A DNA stretch of 63,615 nucleotides, filler included, from Octopus bimaculoides (lineage: Eukaryota): assembly GCF_001194135.2 (NCBI RefSeq). It is 4 parts of 4 records of this genome, joined end to end, with 100 filler letters (N's around TTAATTAATTAA, not from the genome) between each part and the next. Parts side by side here need not be neighbours in the genome. Positions count along the whole stretch, not along the records: positions 1 to 31,414 come from NC_068988.1; 3 more parts are not named here. The stretch is one strand, 5' to 3'. Position numbers and translations under genes: made by a program. The notes beneath the pieces were generated by a model. It saw only the letters and a program-made list of their open reading frames with translations, was not told the DNA's origin and did no database searches. Below are positions 1 to 11,892 of the stretch, one piece after another (the stretch's first letter is position 1; every line of letters begins with the position of its first letter).

Positions 1-394
1 AAAAAAGAAAAACAAGGAATACGTTTTGTATGTATATATATGTATATATGTTTGATATGATATATATAGTTATTTTTACTAAATTGATTTTACTAATTCA
101 ATTTTTCAAATTTACAAAGATTATACTAATATACTCTCATGCAGAACTACGCCTTACAAAAAATAAATAAATGAATGTATGACAGGAATATATTCTAAAA
201 GGGACCCAAAGTCTATAAAAAGAAAGGACAAAGAATATAAAATGAAAGAACTAAAAGCAAAAGAAAAAACAGGAAGACATTTTTTGTTTTCTTTATATTT
301 TCTATTCATTATTCTTTATTTTTTCTTTCTTCTTCCTTTCTTCTTTTCTTCCTCCTTCTTCTACTATCCCTAAAATCTGTCTCAAAACAATACA

Positions 395-484
395 GTAGCC
401 ATCGGGTTTCACCAGTCCTCAGTCAAATCGTCCAACCCATGCTAGCATGGAAAGCGGACGTTAAACGATAATGATGATGATGAT
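395..484 (+). mobile_element. RTE LINE extreme 3' end with (GAT)n tail
   Basis: accagtcctcagtcaaatcgtccaacccatgctagcatggaaagcggacgttaaacgat(gat)n; essentially the same tail as at 16270-16361. Confidence 0.8.
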
Positions 485-564
485 ATATATGTGTGTGTGT
501 GTATATATATGTATATATGTGTGTGTGTATGTATATATGTGTGTGTGTGTATATATATATATCA

Positions 565-1800
565 ACATCATCATCGTTTGACGTCCGTTTTCCAAGCTAG
601 CATAGGTTGCATGGTTTGACTTTCATCTGGAGAACCAGCGGCTGCACCAGGTTCCAATCTGATCTAGCAATGATTCTACAGCTGGATGCCCTTTGTAACG
701 CCAACTACTCCCAGATTACTTTTTATGTTTCGGGCCTGGCATTGATCACGTTCGGATAGTTCTTTTTTACATGCCACCAGCATGGGAGGTACTCGGGGTA
801 CTGGTATTAGCAACATCAGCATGGTGCTTTTTACGTGCCACCGGCACGGGAGCCAGTCAGAGGACACTGGCATCGACCACATTCAGATAATGCATTTTAT
901 GTGCCACCAGAACGGGAGCCAGTCAGGGTGCTCTGGCCACAACTACGATTTTGGTTTTATTTGACTCAACATGTCTTCTCAAGCATAACATATTGCCTGA
1001 CATGCAACACTGGCATCAGCCATGGCTGCAATCTCACTTTAGTTGCCGGGTTTTCTGAATCACAGCATATCTCCAAAGGTCTCAGTCTCCTGTCATTGCC
1101 TCTGTGAGACTCAATGTTCGAAGGTCATGCTTCACCACCTCATCCCATGTCTTCCTGTGTCTACCTCTTCCACCGGTTGCTTCCACAGTTAGGGCCTGGC
1201 ACCTCCTCACACAGCTGTCCTCATCCATATGTAACACATGACCGTACCAGCGCAGTCATCTCTCTTGCACACCACATCTGATGCATCTTATGTCCAACTT
1301 TTCTCTGAGGGCGCTTACACTCTGTTGTGTATGCACACTGACATTACACATCCAGTGGATCATACTAGCTTCATTTCTTTCAAGCCTACGCGTGTCCTCA
1401 GCACTCATGGCCCATGTTTCACTGCTGTGTAGCATGGCAGTTTGCACACCTACATCATATAGTCTACCTTTCATCCTGAGTGAGAGACCCTTAGTTGCCA
1501 GCTGAGGTAGGAGTTCCCTGAACTTTGTCCAAACTATTCTTATTCTAGCCACTACACTCTCAAAGCAACCACCCCCACTGCAGACTTGGTTGCCTAGATA
1601 GCAGAAGCTATCAACTACTTCTAGTTTTTCCCCCGGCATGTGATAGAATCTGTTTTGTATACATCTTCAGTGTTTATTACTGCTGTGCATCTGCCACACA
1701 CAAAAACTATGTTCCTGGTTAACCTTCCTTTCATATTGCTGCACCTTTTATGTGTCCATAGCTTGCACTGGGTACATCATATGGAGTTTCTACCCATGCC
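565..1800 (-). mobile_element. RTE-clade LINE, 3' part (end of RT ORF plus 3' UTR and tail)
   Basis: Minus-strand translation gives EVVDSFCYLG, WTKFRELLP, MLHSSETWA and GRGRHRKTWDEVV, followed by the 3' UTR and a (GAT)n tail ending near 565. Confidence 0.9.
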
Positions 1801-1818
1801 TACATGTGTGTGTGTGTG

Positions 1819-1906
<88 letters not shown>

Positions 1907-2387
1907 NNNNNNNNNNNNNNNNNNNNNNNNNNNNNNNNNNNNNNNNNNNNNNNNNNNNNNNNNNNNNNNNNNNNNNNNNNNNNNNNNNNNNNNNNNNNNN
2001 NNNNNNNNNNNNNNNNNNNNNNNNNNNNNNNNNNNNNNNNNNNNNNNNNNNNNNNNNNNNNNNNNNNNNNNNNNNNNNNNNNNNNNNNNNNNNNNNNNNN
2101 NNNNNNNNNNNNNNNNNNNNNNNNNNNNNNNNNNNNNNNNNNNNNNNNNNNNNNNNNNNNNNNNNNNNNNNNNNNNNNNNNNNNNNNNNNNNNNNNNNNN
2201 NNNNNNNNNNNNNNNNNNNNNNNNNNNNNNNNNNNNNNNNNNNNNNNNNNNNNNNNNNNNNNNNNNNNNNNNNNNNNNNNNNNNNNNNNNNNNNNNNNNN
2301 NNNNNNNNNNNNNNNNNNNNNNNNNNNNNNNNNNNNNNNNNNNNNNNNNNNNNNNNNNNNNNNNNNNNNNNNNNNNNNNNNNNNNNN

Positions 2388-2423
<36 letters not shown>

Positions 2424-2467
2424 TGTATGTATGTATATATGTGTATATTTTGGCCTGTCTCTAACCT

Positions 2468-3490
2468 CACATGTCAGCAAAATCATGGAATTCATTCTCA
2501 GGAGGAAGCTTATGAGTTGCACCCTGACTCCCAGCATGGCTTCTGCTCAAGAAGCTGCTGCCTTACACACCTCCTGCAGTATTATGACTGGGTGTTGAAA
2601 CAACTAATGAATCGCTAATATTTGATTGTGATATATCTCAATTCTGAAAAGGCCTTTGATAAGGTTGATTACGAGATGATATCACACCTTATGGAGACTC
2701 AGCATTGTTGGAAAACTTGGTGACTGGTTACATGACTGCTCAAAAGACAAGCCAAGTTGTGGCAGCCAATGGGGAACCAATGGGGCCCTCATCAAAGAGA
2801 CAATGATTGCGAGCAGAGTACCTCAGGGAACTATCTTGGGGACACTACTGTTTGTGGTGGCTTTTATGGGATGCCATCTAGCTTTGCCGATTACACAAAA
2901 GTAGTACAAGCAGTCAATGCTAATCTTCTCCAGAAAAACCAGGCTGCCATATATAAATGGGGTGAAAAAAAACAACATGCAGTTTAATGCAGGAAAATTG
3001 CAAGCTCTCCACTATCAGCCAACTTGCACTAATATGCTGCAATATGTGCTTGATCTGGGGATTGATGTGAATAGCAATGCCTTATTTCACATGCATATCA
3101 ATAAGATGGTGGCAATGTGTAGGCAATTTGCTGGACGGATTCTGAGAGCTTTCAGCACAATGGACCAGGAAACTATGTTGATTCTGTTGGAGGATATTTT
3201 ACCTCAGCCATTTGGATTACTGTTTTCACCTGTAGTCAACCTACAGTGTCAAACTGATGCAGTTCAGTATTGCTACATCAGGAAGATTATTTCAATAAAA
3301 CAGCTGAACTACTGGAAGAGACTGAAAGAGTTATAACTCTACTCCCTAAAGTGAAGACAGGCAAGATAGGCAGTGATACACATATGGAAGATCCTGGAGA
3401 GGTTGACACCAAATTTTGGCATTGTAAGCTATACCTGCCCCCAAACTGGACGTCCCTGCACTGTTTCAAAGGTCCCAGCAATCCCATCTA
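2468..3490 (+). mobile_element. Degenerate CR1-clade LINE reverse transcriptase fragment
   Basis: Frameshifted motifs SHVSKIMEFIL, QHGF, EKAFDKVD, VPQGTILG, SFADYTK, NMQFNAGK and LNYWKRLKEL. Confidence 0.8.
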
Positions 3491-4304
3491 GAGATAGACT
3501 TTTCTTGTTTCAGTCATTGAACTGTTGCCATGTTGGAGCACCTCCTTAAAATGTCTAGTTGAACAGGTTGATCCCAAAGTTAGGGGTGCATAAACAAACC
3601 AACATAGTTGTCAAGCAGTTGTGGGGTTCAGACATATACACATATATATTTAGATAAATTGATGTCATTTTATGTTGGCAGGATGTGTAAAAAGAACCCT
3701 TAAGTTAAGTTCTTATTTTCTTTCCTTAATATGTAATTTCAGTAGCTTTACTCTAACCCTCAGCCTTAGCAAATGGTGGTAGTTTGTGTTGTTTAGTTGT
3801 TGTATGTAGTGTAAAATAGTTTTTTGTTTACTATTTTATGGAGATTGCCATTTTACTTGATAACTGTTTAGATATTCTTGAAGTCTTCATTTAGCATTGG
3901 ATGATTACAAATCACATTATTAGGACAGTTATAAGTTGTCATTTTATCCCCTTTTACTCACCACCTCCTCAATGATGGCTGTGCCCATTTATATATATTT
4001 GTGCTCATATCTAGATATGTTGTGCATATGTGTGAAACGCATGTGTAATATCCCTGTATATCTACATGTCTATGTAGGAAATGCATGTATGAATGTATGC
4101 TTGTGTGTTTATATATAGATGGCTATGGTACCATTGATGCTCTTGGCAGGAATGAGGGAAATGTGTAAATCATTGAAAAATAAATGTTTTCATAAGATAT
4201 GTTGAAAGATTCATTATCTGGTCACAGGTGCTTAGAAAATATCTTTTCAGAAATTTAAACTAATATCACATATACCCCATCACTCTTCAGAAGTCTACTT
4301 CCAC

Positions 4305-6235
4305 AGAGCTGCCATGTTCAATGTTGGCACAGTTAAAGGCTGGTCAAGTGAAATTGTTGAAATGTTGGAGTGCTGGCATGTAGATGTGTGCTGGATACAA
4401 GAGAGGAGTCTCTGCTAGACTCCTTGGACAGAAAGCAGAGTTGTATACTATTCTGGATAAGTAGCAGTGAAGGCGTGAGGATGTGTGTATAGAGATATGC
4501 TTAGCAGGAAAATGGGTAGATAAAGTAACTGAGGTAGTCAGAGTGTGTGATATGATTGTGATGCGAAGATTAGATTATACAACAGTAACATTTATCTCAG
4601 TATATGCCTCATAGGCTCGACTGGTGGATGAACTGAAAGATCTTCTATGAATCCCTTCTAAAGATTATCTCAATGATGGATGACTAAGACTTTATTATTG
4701 TAGCTTGTTATTTTAATGGACTTTTTGGGCAGTACTCCAATGGATTTCATGGTTATAAGGAGGGTATGGCTTGGTTCTAGAAATGAGGAAGAAACAAGGG
4801 TGCTGGAGTTTTGTGATGCTAATGACTTGTTGATCTGCCACACTAACTTCAGAAAATCTGAGTCACTTGATCACTTATGAATCTGGTGGACACAAAAGCC
4901 ACATTAACTATGTTCTCACCAGAAAATAGGATAGGCAGATGCTGATGAATACAAACCACTGAGTATACTGAGTGCTTTTTTATGTGGCACCAACATCAGT
5001 GGGTTCACCAAGTAACTTGCAAGACAAAGACCCTTCAGTTGGGAGAGCTAGTGATATTGAGGGAGGTGGCTTTGTATCAGTTGAAAGGTTGAAGTAAAAT
5101 GGAGGAATAGATAGGTGTCTTACTATAGAGGAGATACTTGGCTACGCTAGTAGGAAATGAAAAGAAAGGAAGAGAGAGAGAGTGGGATAAGTGTTGGAGG
5201 TGCAGTGGAACATACCCACAAAGTACAGTGTGGAGAATATAAATGGTACAGTGGGAATTGAGAGCTGTTTCGTGAGTGTGAGGGGAAATGCTTATAGAGA
5301 AATACATAGCTAAAGATAAACCTTTGTACTTGGCTTTCATTGATACGGAGAAAGCCTTTGACTGAGTCCTCCGATCCCTTATCTGGTGGTCAATGTGGAA
5401 ACTACAGATAGATGAGTGGTTGGTGAGAGTTGTACAAACCGTGTACAGCTACACTATCAGTAAGGTGAGGGTTGGCAGTGAGTACAGCAAAGAATTCAGG
5501 GTACAAGTAAGGGTTCATCAAGGATTGGTGCTCAGCCCCCATTTGTTCATCATAGTCCTCCAAGCAATAACAGAGGATTTTAAGACAGGCTACCCCTGAG
5601 AGCTCCTCTATGCTGATGACCTTGTTTTTATAGTTGAATCACTACCAGAACTAGAAAAGTTTCAGGTATGGAAGTAAGGTCTAGAATCAAAGGGCCTTAG
5701 AGTTAACCTAGCAAAAACCGAAGTTTTAGTAAGTAGGAAGGCAGACAACCTACAAATCCCCTCAGGTAGATGGCCCTGCTCAATCTGTAGAAAGGTGTGA
5801 GTCGAAACTCCATAAAATGTACCCAGTGTAAGCTTTGAACACATAAGAAGTGCAGCCGTATCAGAGGAAGGTTAACAGCGAAAATAGCTTTTGTGTGTGG
5901 AAGATGCACAGGTACAATAAACACCATAAATGTACAGAAAATAGACTCTATCAACTGCCAGGTGGGTAAGCTCAAGGTAGTAGATAGCTTTTGTTATATA
6001 GGTGACCAAGTTAGTAGCGGAGGTGGATGCTACAAGAGCATAGCTATGAGAATAGGCTGGGCAAAGTTCAGAAAGCTCCTACCTCTACTGGCAACAAAGG
6101 GCCTCTCGGAGTGAAAGCAGATTGAATGCTGTCTGTGTTTGAACAGCTATCGTACACAGCAGTGAAACATGGGCTGTGAAAGTCAAGGAAATATGTAGGC
6201 TTGAAAGAAATGAAGCCAGTATGCTTTGCTGAATT
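4305..6235 (+). mobile_element. Degenerate RTE-clade LINE (APE endonuclease plus RT, internally deleted)
   Basis: APE start FNVGTVKG...VDVCWIQE at about 4310-4400; RT motifs LAFIDTEKAFD and VHQGLVLSP; YADD at 5609-5620; FCYIGD. Multiple stops and frameshifts. Confidence 0.9.
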
Positions 6236-7074
6236 TGTAGGTACATATAGCAAGGTTTGTTATCTGATTCCTTGGTGGCCTATGAGCACCTGAGATTCTT
6301 AACTTCAGGTCACACAGATTTCACTCTGCTACTGTGGAACAGACTAAATGATCAACAGGATACCAAGTCTCTTTTCCTTGTGTTCTTTTAGCTTACAAAT
6401 GATGCCAACCCACTTTCAATTTAGCTGTCTTCCAACCTCTGGTGAATAGACTGCTTTTCTGTCTCAGCAAGACAGTTTTTCTGTTGATTTAACATCTTTA
6501 TAGCTTTGTTGGATCTGCCAGGTCATACACCCTGCTGCCATCTTGTATTCATATATATGTTGTATACACATAATTGATATACTGTATACTCCTCATCAAT
6601 ATATTCATATAACCTATAATTTGTTGAAGATGAGCTCTAAACCAATGTCCAGATCCTACAAGACCATATTGTAAAGTTTTTATACAAATATAGTGCATAT
6701 ATACATATTAATATTGTTCAGTTATGGTTCATATGTATATATAGATAGTGGCCAGTGTAAATATACATACACCAAACCCTTCAACTATTGATTAATGGTT
6801 TTGTTAACTTTTAGTACAAATAAAGACTGAAATCTGATGTGTAATCCTAGTTTTCATAGATATAAATTTGTCATTCTTTCATCATTTCTGCTATTGATCT
6901 AGCCCCAAATATAAAATTTTCAGCAGGCCTTATCTGACTAGGTTGAGAAGAATATTTAATGTTAAATGTTCACTCCATCCACCTAAGTTTGTGGTCTAGA
7001 GACTTTATTCCAGATTGAGACCAGTAGAATTTTTGAAATACCCAGTGAAACTAAGTGAACCCTTCATCATTTTC

Positions 7075-7460
7075 ATGAGCACTTTTCCATGCTTGCATGT
7101 GTCAGATTGAATTTGTTGGTGCAAATTTTCTATGGCTAGATACTCTTCTTGTCACCAACTCCCACCTGTTTTCAAGCAAGGTGATACTTCTCTATGTCCA
7201 GACATATTTTCATGGAAAACTGGAAATGAAGGACACTACTTGCATGACTGTGACACTTGTTTACAACTGTCATGATTTCAAGGCAAGAAGACAGTAACAC
7301 ACGCAGACATACATGACAGTCTTCTTTCAGTTTCCATCCATCTACCAAATGCACTCACAAAGTTCTGACCAGCCTGGGGCTCTAGTTGAAGACACTTGCT
7401 CAAGATGTTATTCAGTGGGATTGAACCTGGAACTATGTAATTAGGAAGCAAACTTATCAG
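7075..7460 (-). mobile_element. RTE-tail-like fragment plus adjacent SINE fragment
   Basis: gcacttttccatgcttgcatg...tttctatggctagatactctt resembles the RTE tail; aaatgcactcacaaagttctgaccagcctggg matches the reverse complement of the SINE at 46440. Confidence 0.55.
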
Positions 7461-8165
7461 TCATTCCTGTGTCTGTCTGTCTGTTTGTGCGTGCGCACGC
7501 ATGCACTCTCTCTCTCTCTCTCTCTCTCTTATGGCTGTTCTTTTATAATTGTTTTGTCATTCATTTGAAGATGTTTTGTAAAAGTATGGCTTAGTTGATT
7601 TTTGAAAACTGCTTCAATTTTCAGTCATACTGTTGATTATTTGTTTATTTTTTTTATTAAAGGATGGAGGGAAAATTCCAATGAGAATAATGGAAGAAAG
7701 GAATTATTCTTAGCTGGAAGTTTAGGACACTGTTAAAGATAGCCAGAGGGTCAACTTGTGTTAAACCTTGATGATTTGGTGTCTATAAATTGAGATGTGC
7801 CTTTATAACAAGAATTTGGATTAGCTGGACAAGATAATCACAGTTGAACTGATTGAAGGCATACTGTATTTTTAGGTATCAATCCTAATCCCATTCCTCA
7901 CCCTTCCAACATGTTTAATCTTTATTATGTTGAAATTCTTTCCATGTAACAGCTCCACCCCAATGCCATTAATTTCTATGTTGACATCAATGAAACATCA
8001 AACCAGGTTTCACTCCAGTGTAAACCTTCCATTGAACACTTTACTTAATCATTTTCCTAACCTAGAAATATATTCCATTGTTGATTAATTAATATCCTCC
8101 ATTGTTGGTTAATTAATATCATTCAATTAGTGACTAATTTTATATTCTCTATGCTTTCTTCACAG

Positions 8166-8217
8166 GTACGGCGGCCTGCTGTTTATATTTCAACCAAAGA
8201 CCATCCATATGAACAAG
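8166..8217 (+). CDS. DDA1: DDA1 internal coding exon (52 bp), VRRPAVYISTKDHPYEQ(V)
   Basis: Polypyrimidine tract plus CAG ends at 8165, and a GT donor follows at 8218. Translation matches the recalled human DDA1 segment NRRPSVYLPTREYPSEQI. The exon ends in phase 1, matching the next exon. Confidence 0.93.
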
Positions 8218-8461
8218 GTATTATTATAGTGTGTTATGTGTGTAAGGAAAGAAAGAAAAAGTGACTGATTTTTGTTAAGGAATATTTCCACAAGCTATAC
8301 CAGTAGTTCCCAATCTGGAGTCCACAGACTCTTGATGGTCTGTCAGCTAAATTCAAAATTTCATATATACATATATATATGTGTGTGTGTGTGTGTATAT
8401 ACAGGGAGAATTCACAAAAATAAAACAGATGTATTAGTGTAATGCACAGGAAGTGAAAAAT

Positions 8462-8497
8462 CTTTAACGTTTCGAGCCTACGCTCTTCCACAGAAAG
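8462..8497 (-). ncRNA. Hammerhead-ribozyme-like motif (type I, minimal helix III), variant core CUGUGGA+A
   Basis: Minus strand reads CTTT-CTGTGGA-A-GAGC-gtag-GCTC-GAAA-CG-TT-AAAG, so helices I and II pair. It lies within a Penelope-type terminal repeat (about 8400-8555). Confidence 0.55.
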
Positions 8498-8596
8498 GAA
8501 CACACAAAGAAACAAGGAGAGAAAAAAAGAATGTGTAGTGGCTAGCAATCTATCATGGCGAATGATATATATATATATATGATATATATATATATA

Positions 8597-8637
<41 letters not shown>

Positions 8638-9479
8638 CATACACAGAAGGATAAGCATATTAAAAGGGGTCTGTGGGAAAATTCATTTAAATAAAAGAGT
8701 TGGGAACCACTAAGCTATACCTTTATAAAGCTTTGAGGTTTTTTAACATCTTTATCTTGTTGAAAGTTTTTGCCTTTTAATTTCTTATTAAGGTATCATC
8801 AAAAACCCCTTGTCAACTATTTGCAATAAATAAGATGGGAGAAGTCATTTCTGAATGACATAGATCCATAGGGCTGATGTTTAGTAGATCTTACTGGGCA
8901 GAGAATACTAACCTGGGAGAGGTAACTCTTTATTTTGGCATTATTGAAGAATTTAATTCAGCTCTTCTCCGCAGGACTGTTGTTTCTGCTTAGAACATAA
9001 CCAACCTCAGTATTAACTAAAATATTTCTAAATAAATTCAAAACTGATGCTGAAAATAAAAGCGAAAAAAAATTCCTAGAAATGGTTTTCCCTCACAGTT
9101 GTTCCTATGTCCTAATGTTAGAGAAGTCAGTCTCCATAAATTTATTATATATCACAAATGGTGAAGCAACATTGTTTTACAGGTTTACAGTAGACAACAA
9201 ATCACTGGTCGATTACAATTCTGATAATGAGTCTCTATCATAGTACACAATTGATATCTTGTATTTTCTCTTCATATGATGGGCTTCCATACAGTTTCCT
9301 TTTGCCAATTTCAATTACAAGGAATTGTTTGACTTCAGAGATATGTGTCTTCTATGTTAGCATCAATCTGCTGATCAGTATAATAGAACCCTGAACCCTA
9401 AGGTTGGTTATTTCTTGACTGTGTAACCATCCAAGCTGTTTTCAATTTTGACTATACATTTTGAAAACATCCATCCACT

Positions 9480-10100
9480 CATCTATTTTTTCCTGCCAAC
9501 TATTCCTGGAAGGGTTATTGGGGGTAGATTCCTTAGGCATAGTGTCCTGTCAGAAGCAACCATCGTTACACTTTCTAGTTGGATTCCCAAGTATGGCCAG
9601 CTGGATCTATGGATTTCATTTCATTCTTGGTCTACCCCTAGGCATCCTGCCAACTGGCTTGGCTTGAAGAATTTCTTGCAGTTCTTTCCTGTGACATTTT
9701 AATCACATGTCCATAATATTGAAGCTGTGACTTCTTAGTGCAGAGAGGTAGCAGCTCAAACTAGAGAGACTCCCTGATCTCCAAGCTATGCACCCTGTCA
9801 AGTAATGTTACTTCAGAGATCTTGCAGAGGGACTCCATTTTGGTTGCTTGTATTAGTGATGCTGCTCTTTCACTCATTGCCCAATATTCATGAGCATTAC
9901 CTTTTTTTACCAACCTCTCCTCTTCTGAGGATTGACTGTGGGAGCTGGCATATTACTATACCAGTACCTGCAATTCTAGCATCCAATTTGGCCTCCTGAT
10001 TCCCCTCACTCATGAATACAGTCCTGAGCTACTTAAACTTCTCCATTTGTCTAAGTGATATTCCACTAACATGTAGAATGCACTGGAAAGATTTTCTTGA
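9480..10100 (-). mobile_element. Second RTE family fragment (Expander/Rex3-like RT C-terminus)
   Basis: Minus-strand remnants CILHVSGISLRQMEKFK.LRTVFMSEG, KSQLQYYGHV and RMPRGRPRMK. Confidence 0.65.
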
Positions 10101-10226
10101 GAGGCTGATGTCTTAGTTTTCAAATATATAGATTTTTATTTGAAAAATTAACAAACATATTCCCCAAAAAGATCAAAAGTTGAAGGGGAAGGCAGCAATC
10201 ATAAATTACTTTACCTAAAGAAAATT

Positions 10227-10436
10227 CAGTTCTATATTTAAGAGATGAGGAATTATGTACATTATATACATTTAACGGATATTTGTCCTCATCTTGCTTG
10301 TTGTTAACACAACATTTCAGCTGATATACCCTCCAGCCTTCATCAGGTGTCTTGGGGAAATTTCGAACCTGGGTTCTCATTCCTAAGGTATTTTTCGATG
10401 TTATTATTATTATTCCGTAGTGATTAAGAGCGCGGG

Positions 10437-10478
<42 letters not shown>

Positions 10479-10594
10479 CCAGATTCGAAATTTTCCCAAG
10501 ACACCCGATGAAGGCTGGACAGTATATCAGTGGAAATGTTGTGTTAACAACAAACAAGATGAGGACAAATATCCGTCAAATGTAAATAATGTAC
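10227..10594. mobile_element. Penelope-type terminal repeat with an inverted partial copy, around an (AAT)n tract
   Basis: 10256-10374 is the reverse complement of 10477-10594 (roughly 90% by eye), and each arm carries a hammerhead motif. Confidence 0.7.
10306..10351 (-). ncRNA. Type I hammerhead ribozyme with canonical CUGAUGA core
   Basis: GACAC-CTGATGA-A-GGCTG-gagggtatat-CAGCT-GAAA-TG-TT-GTGTT. Helix I is GACAC/GTGTT and helix II is GGCTG/CAGCT, with a GUU cleavage triplet. Confidence 0.7.
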
Positions 10595-10708
10595 TAAAGA
10601 AAGTTGTTTGATATTTCAATTACTTTTACTCCATCATTAACTCATCACATTTTAACCAAAATTTATATTTTCTTAAAGTAATTCCTCAGTTACTTCCCCT
10701 ATATATAA

Positions 10709-11892
10709 TCTATATATATAAAAATGAGAATGTCTGTCTGTCTGTCTGTGTGAATCCCTAAAACTCGAGAACTACGCAACCAATTTCATTCAAATTTTAC
10801 ACATGCCTTACTTAGGGTTCCAGTTGTGTTTTAGTCAAAAAAAATTATTAACTTCTTGCAGAGTTCGAGCACACGGCAACATAATATCTCCTCCACTATT
10901 TAAGTATTACGTGTCAAAAGTGAAACAAAAACACTCATGTCAAATACTTTCACTTTAAAAATGAAACTATTCCACTAACTGAAACAATCACATTTCGATA
11001 CTGTAGTGACAGATACTTTCACAGAGAGAGAAAGAGAGAAAGAAAGAGACAGAGAGAGAGATGTATATGTACACCATTTCNNNNNNNNNNNNNNNNNNNN
11101 NNNNNNNNNNNNNNNNNNNNNNNNNNNNNNNNNNNNNNNNNNNNNNNNNNNNNNNNNNNNNNNNNNNNNNNNNNNNNNNNNNNNNNNNNNNNNNNNNNNN
11201 NNNNNNNNNNNNNNNNNNNNNNNNNNNNNNNNNNNNNNNNNNNNNNNNNNNNNNNNNNNNNNNNNNNNNNNNNNNNNNNNNNNNNNNNNNNNNNNNNNNN
11301 NNNNNNNNNNNNNNNNNNNNNNNNNNNNNNNNNNNNNNNNNNNNNNNNNNNNNNNNNNNNNNNNNNNNNNNNNNNNNNNNNNNNNNNNNNNNNNNNNNNN
11401 NNNNNNNNNNNNNNNNNNNNNNNNNNNNNNNNNNNNNNNNNNNNNNNNNNNNNNNNNNNNNNNNNNNNNNNNNNNNNNNNNNNNNNNNNNNNNNNNNNNN
11501 NNNNNNNNNNNNNNNNNNNNNNNNNNNNNNNNNNNNNNNNNNNNNNNNNNNNNNNNNNNNNNNNNNNNNNNNNNNNNNNNNNNNNNNNNNNNNNNNNNNN
11601 NNNNNNNNNNNNNNNNNNNNNNNNNNNNNNNNNNNNNNNNNNNNNNNNNNNNNNNNNNNNNNNNNNNNNNNNNGTGTTATAATCACAACAGCAAGAAAGT
11701 ATGTACATGATCACCTTCTTTTACGAAACTTCATTGACTTTCATATATTTATATTGATATACATATATATACGTGTGTGTGGGTGCGTGTGTGTATATAC
11801 ATCTCTATATATAAAGATGATGCGTAGTCTAGACGGCGTTTTTAGATTTCATTATTCTCTTTAACCCTGGCAACGCCGGGTATTTCTGCTAG
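10709..11892 (+). mobile_element. Non-autonomous Helitron (possibly two elements across the gap)
   Basis: 5' A|TCTATATATATAAAAATG followed by (TGTC)n; 3' hairpin CCCTGGC-AAC-GCCGGG then tatttctgCTAG|T. A second 5'-like motif at 11802 and the N gap at 11081-11673 prevent proof of continuity. Confidence 0.75.

Noticed and set aside
179-373. Lys-rich 64-aa ORF
   Set aside because: A-rich then T-rich low-complexity DNA, with no recognisable domain or convincing splice donor.
764-960. Regularly spaced palindromic repeats as a CRISPR-like array
   Set aside because: The units are diverged whole-unit repeats inside an RTE 3' UTR, with no unique spacers and no cas genes, in a eukaryotic context.
1640-2618. 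Long ORFs containing X runs (also near 11.0, 25.7, 28.6, 33.0, 41.2, 44.8-46.1, 48.4, 51.5, 57.9 and 61.5 kb)
   Set aside because: They stay open only because N gaps and TA/TG/CA microsatellites contain no stop codons.
1-8160. Search for DDA1 upstream exon(s) (expected FLKGLP...NFSRF-like peptide)
   Set aside because: Not found by eye; probably upstream of the window or in the gap at about 1907-2387.
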